Assembly: GCA_965216295.1 (NCBI GenBank)
Contig: OZ244141.1
Location: 161,819 to 225,818 of the forward strand
DNA length: 64,000 bases
Direction of reading: 5' to 3'
From: Minisyncoccota bacterium
Lineage (GTDB): Bacteria > Patescibacteriota > Minisyncoccia > Phycocordibacterales > JABAAK01
Shown: piece by piece, positions 28,913 to 36,904 of the stretch
How the letters are laid out: each line of letters begins with the position of its first letter
Numbering within the stretch: the stretch's first letter is position 1
Made by a program: the position numbers and the translations under genes
Notes under the pieces: generated by a model
The model's input: only the letters and a program-made list of their open reading frames with translations
The model's database searches: none
Told to the model about the DNA's origin: nothing

Positions 28913-29692
28913 ATGATTATTACAGATGACACACAACGAGAAAACCTTATCACGGCAGGAAAACACTTGCGGATGGTTCTTGATACATTGAGAGAGGCGG
29001 TCGTGCCAGGGATAAATACGGGACAACTTGAGAATATTGCGCAAGAAAAGATTACACAGTTAGGTGACATACCTGCATTTCTTAACTATCAACCACAAGG
29101 GATGCCACGCCCTTTTCCCGCAACGACATGTGTCTCCATTAATCACGAGATAGTGCACGGAGTACCCAATGAGCAGCCACAGAACCTCAAAAGCGGTGAC
29201 ATTGTGAGTATTGATTGCGGACTATCACACAAAGGAGTATTTGTTGACGCTGCCTTTACGATGCCTGTGGGGACAATCAATGAACAGGCAAAGCAATTAA
29301 TAGAGGCAACACGAAAGGCAATTCTTTACGCCACAGTACTCGTTCAGGCAGGCAACACCACAGGTGATATTGGCAGTGCCGTTGAAGAAGTAGCAAAAGA
29401 GTATTCCTTTGTGGTACCACCAGAACTTGGAGGGCATGGAGTGGGTAACGCGCAACACGAAGCACCATTTATCCCAAACATTGGTAACGCAGGTGAGGGA
29501 GCGACACTGCGAGTCGGTGAAGTAATTGCCATTGAACCGATTTTGATGGAAGGTGATGATCCGCGTATCAAACTAGCATCAGATGGATTTACCTATACAA
29601 CGACCGATCCAAACCACCGCGCTGCTCATTTTGAACACACACTCTTAGTTACTAATGGAGCTCCTGTTGTGGTCACAGGCCCTGCATGGTAG
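28913..29692 (+). CDS. map: Methionine aminopeptidase, type I
   Basis: Pita-bread fold metal ligands in 'DIVSIDCG', 'VDAAFT', 'LGGHGVG' and 'IAIEPIL'. Confidence 0.9.
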   Translation: MIITDDTQRENLITAGKHLRMVLDTLREAVVPGINTGQLENIAQEKITQLGDIPAFLNYQPQGMPRPFPATTCVSINHEIVHGVPNEQPQNLKSGDIVSIDCGLSHKGVFVDAAFTMPVGTINEQAKQLIEATRKAILYATVLVQAGNTTGDIGSAVEEVAKEYSFVVPPELGGHGVGNAQHEAPFIPNIGNAGEGATLRVGEVIAIEPILMEGDDPRIKLASDGFTYTTTDPNHRAAHFEHTLLVTNGAPVVVTGPAW

Positions 29693-29731
29693 TGGTGTTC
29701 TTGGAGAGAAGTCACATGCTACACTGAACCA

Positions 29732-30337
29732 ATGGAAAATAACGAATGCATACAAAAAACATGCGTCATGCTCAAGCCAGACGCAATACAACGGACTCTC
29801 GTTGGCGATATTATACAGAGATTTGAACAAGTGGGTCTCAAGATTGTTGCTTTGAAAATGATCCAAGCAGAGACCGCAACTATTGAGAAGCATTACACGA
29901 TAGATCCAGAGTGGAAGAGAAAGGTGGGTGAGAAGGCAATGGAAAGTATGGAAGCACAAGGAAAAAAGGCGACAGAGAAAGCAGAAGAGATGGGAGAACG
30001 GGTCTTAGAGGGGTTAAAGAAATATATGACGGCAGGTCCTGTCATTATTGCTGTTTTGGAAGGTGCCTATGCGGTTCCCTTGGTACGAAAATTAGTTGGT
30101 GGCACTGAACCATTCACTTCAGATGTCGGTACCATTCGTGGTGATTACGTGCTTGATTCCTATGCATTAGCAGATAGTACAGGGCGTTCGATACGAAACC
30201 TTGTCCATGCTTCCAGCAGTACCGGTGAGGCAGAAAAAGAAATTGCCATTTGGTTTTGTGACGATGATTTTGTAAAATACAAGACGGTACATGAACACAT
30301 CCTCTACGATGTGAATTTAGACAATGCAAAAGAATAA
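29732..30337 (+). CDS. ndk: Nucleoside diphosphate kinase with a ~25-aa insertion
   Basis: 'CVMLKPDAIQRTLVGDIIQRFEQVGLKIVALK', 'GTIRGDY', active-site His in 'NLVHASSS', and 'EIAIWF'. Confidence 0.85.
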   Translation: MENNECIQKTCVMLKPDAIQRTLVGDIIQRFEQVGLKIVALKMIQAETATIEKHYTIDPEWKRKVGEKAMESMEAQGKKATEKAEEMGERVLEGLKKYMTAGPVIIAVLEGAYAVPLVRKLVGGTEPFTSDVGTIRGDYVLDSYALADSTGRSIRNLVHASSSTGEAEKEIAIWFCDDDFVKYKTVHEHILYDVNLDNAKE

Positions 30338-30710
30338 CCACAGCATATTTACCAAAAAACTACAAGTACTTTTCGTTGGTCTTGTTGCTTCCGCAACGCT
30401 TGCCATTGTGCATACCGTGGGGACAGAACAATACCTCTATTGGGTATTTGATTGGTTTGATATAGTAACACACGCAATTGGTGGTATTGCAATTGGTGCA
30501 CTATTGAGTGCTCTCTGTATTAAAAAACGACAATTTATTCTTCCCATACTTGTCCTCGTCTTAGTAGGATGGGAAATATTTGAAACGTGGGCAAAACAAA
30601 TTCCGACAGGGCAGGCTGGATACAGTATTGATACAACAATTGATCTTTTTGTTGGTGGCTCTGCAGCACTCCTTGTTATTTTTCTCTGCAATCGATACCT
30701 GCGTCACTAA
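30324..30710 (+). CDS. Small integral membrane protein (4 predicted TM helices), function unknown; possibly VanZ-like
   Basis: Hydropathy pattern only. No diagnostic motif. Confidence 0.4.
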   Translation: MQKNNHSIFTKKLQVLFVGLVASATLAIVHTVGTEQYLYWVFDWFDIVTHAIGGIAIGALLSALCIKKRQFILPILVLVLVGWEIFETWAKQIPTGQAGYSIDTTIDLFVGGSAALLVIFLCNRYLRH

Positions 30711-31051
30711 ACGTGGTGTTCAATAATTTTCTTGAAGGTCTCTGGTCGTTGTTGAGCAATATGACTCAACATTTTTCTATTCATACGAGATCCTTTTTTA
30801 TGTAATGCATGTATGAGTGTGCTGTATGAAGCACCGTGAAGTTTTGCTGCTGCACCAATACGAACATTCCAAAGGCGTCGAAAGTCCCCTTTCTTCTTTC
30901 GTCGGTGTGCAAAGGCATGATTGCCCGCATGGAAGATAGCGTCTCGTGCTAGTCGTTCTTTGCTTGACCGTCCCCATCGAAACCCCTTTGCCCGCTGCAA
31001 AAGACTTTTACGATGTTTCAGTGATGTTGTTCCTCGTTTTATTCTTACCAT
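30707..31051 (-). CDS. rplT: 50S ribosomal protein L20
   Basis: 'MVRIKRGTTSLKHRKSLLQRAKGFRWGRS' L20 family. Confidence 0.95.
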   Translation of the reverse strand: MVRIKRGTTSLKHRKSLLQRAKGFRWGRSSKERLARDAIFHAGNHAFAHRRKKKGDFRRLWNVRIGAAAKLHGASYSTLIHALHKKGSRMNRKMLSHIAQQRPETFKKIIEHHV

Positions 31052-31065
31052 AGACGTTCTTTATA

Positions 31066-31248
31066 TTATGACAGAAGCATTCGTTGCTGTACTTTCTTTG
31101 GCAAGACAAGGCGTTCGCTTCGTTTGCGATTGAGTTGTTTTGAACGGGGTTCCTTAGCATTAAAGTGACCGTGTCCTTTCTTGCGCACGATGAGTTTGCC
31201 CTGCCTGGTGACGCGGATTCGTGAACGTGCTGATTTATTCGTTTTCAT
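31066..31248 (-). CDS. rpmI: 50S ribosomal protein L35
   Basis: 'MKTNKSARSRIRVTRQGKLIVRKKGHGHF' L35 family. Confidence 0.85.
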   Translation of the reverse strand: MKTNKSARSRIRVTRQGKLIVRKKGHGHFNAKEPRSKQLNRKRSERLVLPKKVQQRMLLS

Positions 31249-31811
31249 ACTGTATTTTTTTTCTTACTCGCTTGAATAACTGTTGAGTATCCTTTCGGGC
31301 TTCTCTTTATCTCTTCGAGAGTGATAAAGGTGCACGGTATCATATCGAGGAAGTGTTGCAACCGTGCTTTCAAAAAATCCTCGTCCATTGATTTATACCT
31401 ACCAAAGAGAAAAAGGTCAATTTTCACTCGGTTGCCATTCGCAATCCATTCACTCACCTTTTTGGCGCGCATATCCATAGTGCCCTGACTTGTTCCTGGT
31501 TTCACTTGTGTACTTTTCAGAACATCAATCACTTTCCCTTTTTCTCTATCCTGTTCTTGCCACTTCTTTTTGAGTTTGTTTTGTTCGTACTGGTACTTGC
31601 CGTAATCGGCAATGCAGGTGACTGGTGGTTTTGCGTTTCCACTCACTTCAATTAAATCGAGCCCTACTCCTTCCGCTCGTCGTATTGCTTCAGCAAGGGG
31701 GAGGATGCCGAGATTCTCATTATCCTGTCCAAGCAAAAGCACTTTAGGAGACCTAATAGCCCCATTGATGCGTGTACGCGGTCGTGCTAATTTCTTTGGG
31801 CCTCTCCTAAT
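31245..31811 (-). CDS. infC: Translation initiation factor IF-3; the start is probably a non-AUG codon (ATT at 31811), as is usual for infC
   Basis: The annotated GTG ORF (31245..31742) begins inside the conserved N-domain. The in-frame upstream extension encodes 'IRRGPKKLARPRTRINGAIRSPKVLLLGQDNENLGILPLAEAIRRAEGVGLDLIEV', which is the IF-3 N-terminus with no in-frame stop down to 31841. Choosing ATT is an inference. Confidence 0.75.
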   Translation of the reverse strand: MRRGPKKLARPRTRINGAIRSPKVLLLGQDNENLGILPLAEAIRRAEGVGLDLIEVSGNAKPPVTCIADYGKYQYEQNKLKKKWQEQDREKGKVIDVLKSTQVKPGTSQGTMDMRAKKVSEWIANGNRVKIDLFLFGRYKSMDEDFLKARLQHFLDMIPCTFITLEEIKRSPKGYSTVIQASKKKNTV

Positions 31812-31851
31812 ATAGAAACAGTATACAGCAGAGAGATAGGTTCATGCAATC

Positions 31852-32499
31852 GTGGGTGGTACAGTGCACCATATGATTCGCTCACGAACACAGTTTGCAC
31901 TCCTTCTAGCAATTGTCAGCATTTTCGGTGCGTTGTTTTTTGTGCAGCAGGATAAGAAGATACTCAACGCCCGTTCGACCGATCATGTGCGAGGAAGTTC
32001 AATTAGTGGTGTTCATCTCATTGAGTATTCTGATTACACCTGCATATTTTGTGCAGCAACACGACCAGTCATCGAGCGTCTCATTGAAGAAGAAGATGTT
32101 CAGGTTTCATATCGCCACTCCTACAATCCTACCAACACAGAAGGAATACGGCGTGCCATTTTTGCTGAATGTGTTGCCCAAACGGCGGGTGAAAAAGCGT
32201 TTGCCACGTACACACAGTTTCTCTATGAAAACCAGCACAGAAACCTTGATGACAAAGAACTCACTACAGAAGCAGTTATTCGAGGATCAAATACGCTCGC
32301 CTTTAATCGCTGTCGTGATGATGACGGAGTGCGAAAAAATATATCCCGTGATAGTGCTGAAGCAAAGAAATTGGGGGCTCTTGGGACACCATTTATCGCT
32401 GTTATACAAAACGGCATACCACTTGGAGCACTCTATGCCAATGAGTACGGTGTGTTTATCGGCCAACTTCGAGAATTACTGGCAAAAAAGAAGCAGTAA
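31852..32499 (+). CDS. DsbA-like thiol:disulfide oxidoreductase (thioredoxin fold, CxxC), membrane-anchored
   Basis: N-terminal TM, then 'VHLIEYSDYTCIFCAATRPVIERL'. The CIFC active site is in DsbA-family context. The start may be the Met at 31873. Confidence 0.75.
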   Translation: MGGTVHHMIRSRTQFALLLAIVSIFGALFFVQQDKKILNARSTDHVRGSSISGVHLIEYSDYTCIFCAATRPVIERLIEEEDVQVSYRHSYNPTNTEGIRRAIFAECVAQTAGEKAFATYTQFLYENQHRNLDDKELTTEAVIRGSNTLAFNRCRDDDGVRKNISRDSAEAKKLGALGTPFIAVIQNGIPLGALYANEYGVFIGQLRELLAKKKQ

Positions 32500-32537
32500 T
32501 AGTGTGGTAACCTGAAAGTAATCACCGCAATCTATTT

Positions 32538-33242
32538 ATGAAACAAAACATGCAACAAAGTATTGGAATACTCGTGTCAGTCTCCATCATGTTTGGGATT
32601 GGGTTTTTGTTTGGTATGCAGTATGAGCAGTTACAGCGTGGAGGAGTTGTACATGTTCCACGTGAAGACGATCCATCAGGTCCTTCGGATGCGCTCGTTG
32701 AGAAAGTGGCGAAGGTGAGAGACGATGATGCTATTTACGGCAACCCCTCAGCACTCATCACCGTAGTTGAGTATTCTGATTTTGAATGTCCGTTCTGTCA
32801 ACGATTTCATCCAACTGTTGAGCGTGCGGTAGATGCTTCTGATGGAGAGATTTCGTGGGTATATCGACATCTTCCATTGTCTTTCCACCCAACCGCAAAA
32901 AAAGCTGCAATTATTGCAGAGTGTGTTAAGCATCATCAGGGCAATGATGCATTCTGGCAGTATGCAAAACAATTGTTTGATGGTGGGGTTTATAACGTTA
33001 ATGCATACCGTCGCATTGCACTTGATATCGGTGTGCAAGCGGGGGATTTGGACACATGTCTTGTCACAGGAAGTCCAGAAGAAAAGACGGTGAACAAGCA
33101 TGAAGCAGAGGCAAGTTCAATTGGCATTGATGGTACTCCAGGAGGTTTTGTGGTAAACACGAAGAGTGGTGCTGTTGCTCCGTTGCGAGGTGCTGTGCCT
33201 GACGCAACATTGGCACAGATAATTGATAGTGTGAGAGAGTAA
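32538..33242 (+). CDS. DsbA-like thiol:disulfide oxidoreductase (second copy)
   Basis: N-terminal TM, then 'ALITVVEYSDFECPFCQRFHPTVERAV' (CPFC) and 'GIDGTPGGFVVN', the cis-Pro loop region. Confidence 0.8.
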   Translation: MKQNMQQSIGILVSVSIMFGIGFLFGMQYEQLQRGGVVHVPREDDPSGPSDALVEKVAKVRDDDAIYGNPSALITVVEYSDFECPFCQRFHPTVERAVDASDGEISWVYRHLPLSFHPTAKKAAIIAECVKHHQGNDAFWQYAKQLFDGGVYNVNAYRRIALDIGVQAGDLDTCLVTGSPEEKTVNKHEAEASSIGIDGTPGGFVVNTKSGAVAPLRGAVPDATLAQIIDSVRE

Positions 33243-33246
33243 CACA

Positions 33247-33981
33247 ATGATTGAAGCAACCGTATCCATTACAGCAGCATTTGTAGCGGGAGTTGTGACA
33301 GCATTTCTGCCGTGTACGTTTCCCATGTTAATTGGCTATCTGGCACTGCTCTCAGGAAGTTCTTCTCGTACTGTCACACAAACTTTACTTCTTGCTCTTC
33401 GTTTCTTTCTTGGTTTTGCGTTAGTCTATACGGCAATCGGTATCGTGGTAGGACTTTTTGGTTTTTTGACTGACACAACCTTCTTTATCGGACGACTGGA
33501 AAACGCATTTTTTTACACTGGTGCATTTATTTTTATACTCCTCGGTCTCGTTATGCTCCGCGCTATTCCTTTACCACGATTTGCACAAAAAGTACGGCAA
33601 TTACCCATCACGTCATTCCTTTCGGTTGATACATGGTATATGCCATCTCTCGTTGGTGCGACGTTTGCTTTGGGGTGGTCACCGTGCATTGGTCCTACCC
33701 TCGCAGGCATTCTGTTTCTCGCCGCAAGCGCAGAGTCAGTTGCTCTCGGCGGTTTTCTCCTCTTTGTCTTTTCGTTGGGGCTTGTCATACCACTTCTCCT
33801 CTTTTCCGTTTTCTATGCGGTGGCGAAAAAGAGAGTTATGGCACTTGCCCGCTTTTCTGATATAGCCAGTACCATTGGTGGTGTGCTCTTCATACTCTTG
33901 GGTATTGGTTTTTTATTCGGTGCGCTTGATACCTTTAGTGCTGTTACCAACCTGTTCGTATCTGATACTTACGGGTTGTAG
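33247..33981 (+). CDS. ccdA: Cytochrome c biogenesis / thiol-disulfide electron transporter CcdA (DsbD core)
   Basis: Six TM segments with conserved Cys 'FLPCTFPMLIGYL' and 'GWSPCIGPTLAGILFLAA'. Confidence 0.8.
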   Translation: MIEATVSITAAFVAGVVTAFLPCTFPMLIGYLALLSGSSSRTVTQTLLLALRFFLGFALVYTAIGIVVGLFGFLTDTTFFIGRLENAFFYTGAFIFILLGLVMLRAIPLPRFAQKVRQLPITSFLSVDTWYMPSLVGATFALGWSPCIGPTLAGILFLAASAESVALGGFLLFVFSLGLVIPLLLFSVFYAVAKKRVMALARFSDIASTIGGVLFILLGIGFLFGALDTFSAVTNLFVSDTYGL

Positions 33982-34031
33982 GAATGGTGTTCGTTTGACC
34001 GGATCGTTTTCAAAGATATATACTGAGAACC

Positions 34032-34202
34032 ATGCAGTATTTCAGAAATGTTATCAAAGAATTTCCATCAATTCGATGGCTCTCTATACGTCGAGTGCTA
34101 TACTTTGCTGTGATTGCTATTGTGATTGCAATTATTGTTGGATACCTGTTGGGGCTTCTCGACAACTCTCTTGGCAACTTGTTAGGTAAGGTTATCGCAT
34201 AA
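34032..34202 (+). CDS. secE: Preprotein translocase subunit SecE (56 aa; below the ORF-track size cut-off)
   Basis: Translated by hand: 'MQYFRNVIKEFPSIRWLSIRRVLYFAVIAIVIAIIVGYLLGLLDNSLGNLLGKVIA*'. It has the K-E-F + W-P/S-x-R motif and a single TM, and sits immediately upstream of nusG. Confidence 0.65.
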   Translation: MQYFRNVIKEFPSIRWLSIRRVLYFAVIAIVIAIIVGYLLGLLDNSLGNLLGKVIA

Positions 34203-34205
34203 TCT

Positions 34206-34763
34206 ATGAAAGATATTATAGAGAAAAAAACAAACAAAGGAGAATGGTATGCAGTTCGTGTGCATATGGGTTTTGAAGAGCAGGTGTGCCGTACTATTCA
34301 ACAGACAATAGATTCGTTGGGACTCAAGGACACCATCTTTCAAGTGATTGTTCCGACTGAAAAGCAGGTGAAAATAAAAGGTGGTAAAAGACGAGAACAC
34401 CGAGAACGCATTTTCCCAGGCTTCATTCTCATCAACATGTTTTTAGAGGATAAGGCGCGACAGGCAGTCTGTGGGATTGAGCATGTCACTGGGTTTGCTG
34501 GTTCACGGTCACACGCAGAGCCACTCTCACACGAAGAGATAGAGACTATCTTTGGACGTATGAGTGAAAGTTCCGTTACCTACAACAAGAGTGATATTGA
34601 AATGGGTGATACGGTGAAGATTACCGATGGTCCGTTTGCTGATTTAGATGGACAGGTCAGTGAATTAGATCCAGAGCGAGGGCAAATAACCGTTTTGATC
34701 CCCATGTTTGGTCGTGAGACACCAGTGCGACTTGACCTCGTTCAGGTACGGAGGATAACATAA
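34206..34763 (+). CDS. nusG: Transcription termination/antitermination factor NusG
   Basis: NGN domain 'WYAVRVHMGFEEQV' and C-terminal KOW 'GDTVKITDGPFADLDGQV'. Confidence 0.9.
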   Translation: MKDIIEKKTNKGEWYAVRVHMGFEEQVCRTIQQTIDSLGLKDTIFQVIVPTEKQVKIKGGKRREHRERIFPGFILINMFLEDKARQAVCGIEHVTGFAGSRSHAEPLSHEEIETIFGRMSESSVTYNKSDIEMGDTVKITDGPFADLDGQVSELDPERGQITVLIPMFGRETPVRLDLVQVRRIT

Positions 34764-34769
34764 CATAGT

Positions 34770-35192
34770 ATGGCAAGAAAACTAGCACAGATTATTAAAC
34801 TACAAGTGGAAGCAGGCAAGGCAACACCAGCACCACCAATCGGAACAGCACTTGGTCCAGCGGGAATTAATATTGGTGATTTTTGCAGTCAGTTTAATGC
34901 CCAGTCACAAGACAGGAAGGGTGAGATTGTACCCGTGGTACTGTCAATCTATGATGATAGGACATTTGATTTTATACTCAAATCAGCACCCACAACGTAC
35001 TTCCTGAAAAAGGCAGCGGGTATTGAAAAAGGATCTGGAAAGAATGCAATTAAACAGGCAGGGACGGTGTCATTGGCACAGGTCAAAGAGATTGCTGAGA
35101 AAAAAATGAGTGATTTAAATGCTCGTGATATTGATGCGGCAACGAATATTGTCATTGGTACTGCAAAATCAATGGGAATCACCGTTACGTAG
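34770..35192 (+). CDS. rplK: 50S ribosomal protein L11. It is followed by argS, not rplA
   Basis: 'IIKLQVEAGKATPAPPIGTALGPAGINI' L11 family. Confidence 0.95.
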   Translation: MARKLAQIIKLQVEAGKATPAPPIGTALGPAGINIGDFCSQFNAQSQDRKGEIVPVVLSIYDDRTFDFILKSAPTTYFLKKAAGIEKGSGKNAIKQAGTVSLAQVKEIAEKKMSDLNARDIDAATNIVIGTAKSMGITVT

Positions 35193-35209
35193 GTACGATA
35201 CAATGGAAA

Positions 35210-36880
35210 GTGATGTTGCGCGATACGATACAACAGTACGTCTATGAGGCACTCAAAAAAACTGGGTACACAATTGCTGTGCCAGAAGAGGTAACGCTCA
35301 CCCACCCCCCAGAGCGGTTTGGTGACTTTGCTAGTAATGCAGCATTTATCATTGCCAAGAAACAAGGAGGTCATCCAAAAGAGATTGCGACAACACTTGC
35401 CACTACTATACGAGAAGCAGAACACAAGGAGATACAGAGTGTCTCGGAGACACCAGAAGGATTTATCAATATATATATAACAGAAGAGACACTTCTTGCA
35501 GAAGCACAGAAACTTTTGACGGTAGGATCTGGAGTCATCATTGATCTTTTAGAGGGGAGTCGGGTGAGTGTTGAATATACCGACGCGAATCCATTCAAGC
35601 AACTTCACGCAGGGCACCTCATGACCAATGCAATTGGTGAGTCCCTTGCTCGTATCATTGAAGCAGTCGGTGGTGTCGTTGTCCGAGTGTGCTATCAGGG
35701 AGATGTTGGACTTCATGTTGCAAAGTGTCTTTGGGCACTTGCACAACGGGATGATGATGAGGTGACTGCCCCTATTTTAGGAGAAGCGTATGCGCGTGGT
35801 GATGCAGCATACCGAGAAGGTGGCACTCAGAAAGAAGAAATAGAAAACTACAATCAGTTGATATACGCTCAATCAGATCCGCTGGTCAATTCATTGTATG
35901 AATTAGGGAAACGAGTATCGCTGGATCACTTTGAGGAGATGTACCGTCGTGTTGGTACAAAGTTTGATGAATATATTTTTGAAAGTGAAGCAGCACCCGT
36001 CGGACTTCAAGAGGTGCAAACAGGGTTAACGAAAGGGGTGTTTGTAAAAGATGATGGAGCAGTTATCTTTCAGGGTGAAAAACACAACTTACACACCCGT
36101 GTCTTTATTACTACAAAAGGATTACCAACCTATGAGGCAAAAGAGATAGGGCTTGCGTTGGTAAAAGAGGAACGCATTCGTGCAGAGAGAGATATTGTCG
36201 TTACCGCCAATGAAATTTCAGAATATTTGCGTGTTATTGTTGCGGTGTTGGAAAAACTTCACCCAACACTTGCAAAAAAGATAGAACATGTTTCACACGG
36301 CACGCTCTCGCTTACAGGAGGAAAAATGTCCTCCCGAACAGGAGACGTTTTATCCGCTGATGTACTCCTTGATACCATTGGTACCTCTGTTATGCAACAA
36401 GCAAAGAAGGGGGGCACGACCATCACGCCATCAATTGCTGATGCAATTGCTGTTGCCTCATTGAAGTACGCTATTTTACGCCAGGCACAGAGCAACAATA
36501 TTGTCTTTGACACAGCACAGGCAACATCGTTTGAGGGTGATTCAGGAGCATACCTCCTCTATGCGCGGGTACGAGCAAAAGCTCTGTTGGATCGTGGTGG
36601 GACACCAGATAAAGGGGTGATGCCCTATAGTCACCTGCCACTGTTACGACTCCTCTATCAGTTTGAAGAAGTGGTTGCGCGATCATACACACTCCGTGAG
36701 AGTCATCACCTCGCACAGTATCTCAGTCGGTTAACCAGCGTGTATAGCCATTGGTATGCAACTGAAAAAATACTTGATCAGGAAGATTCAGATGAACGGT
36801 TACAGTTAGTATTGGTATGTATCCAAGTCCTTGAGCGGGGATTAGATCTTCTCGGTATCCGCCCAGTAGATAAAATGTAG
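35210..36880 (+). CDS. argS: Arginine--tRNA ligase
   Basis: Class-I HIGH 'ANPFKQLHAGHLMTNAIGESLARI', KMSKS-equivalent 'KMSSRTGDV' and a C-terminal DALR anticodon-binding region. Confidence 0.85.
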   Translation: MMLRDTIQQYVYEALKKTGYTIAVPEEVTLTHPPERFGDFASNAAFIIAKKQGGHPKEIATTLATTIREAEHKEIQSVSETPEGFINIYITEETLLAEAQKLLTVGSGVIIDLLEGSRVSVEYTDANPFKQLHAGHLMTNAIGESLARIIEAVGGVVVRVCYQGDVGLHVAKCLWALAQRDDDEVTAPILGEAYARGDAAYREGGTQKEEIENYNQLIYAQSDPLVNSLYELGKRVSLDHFEEMYRRVGTKFDEYIFESEAAPVGLQEVQTGLTKGVFVKDDGAVIFQGEKHNLHTRVFITTKGLPTYEAKEIGLALVKEERIRAERDIVVTANEISEYLRVIVAVLEKLHPTLAKKIEHVSHGTLSLTGGKMSSRTGDVLSADVLLDTIGTSVMQQAKKGGTTITPSIADAIAVASLKYAILRQAQSNNIVFDTAQATSFEGDSGAYLLYARVRAKALLDRGGTPDKGVMPYSHLPLLRLLYQFEEVVARSYTLRESHHLAQYLSRLTSVYSHWYATEKILDQEDSDERLQLVLVCIQVLERGLDLLGIRPVDKM

Positions 36881-36904
36881 TGGACATAGTAAACTAAAGG
36901 ATAT

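Noticed and set aside
31913-32515. 200-aa ORF overlapping the first DsbA-like gene in another frame
   Set aside because: It has no motifs, and the DsbA frame carries the CxxC thioredoxin signature. It is an overlapping alternative-frame artefact.
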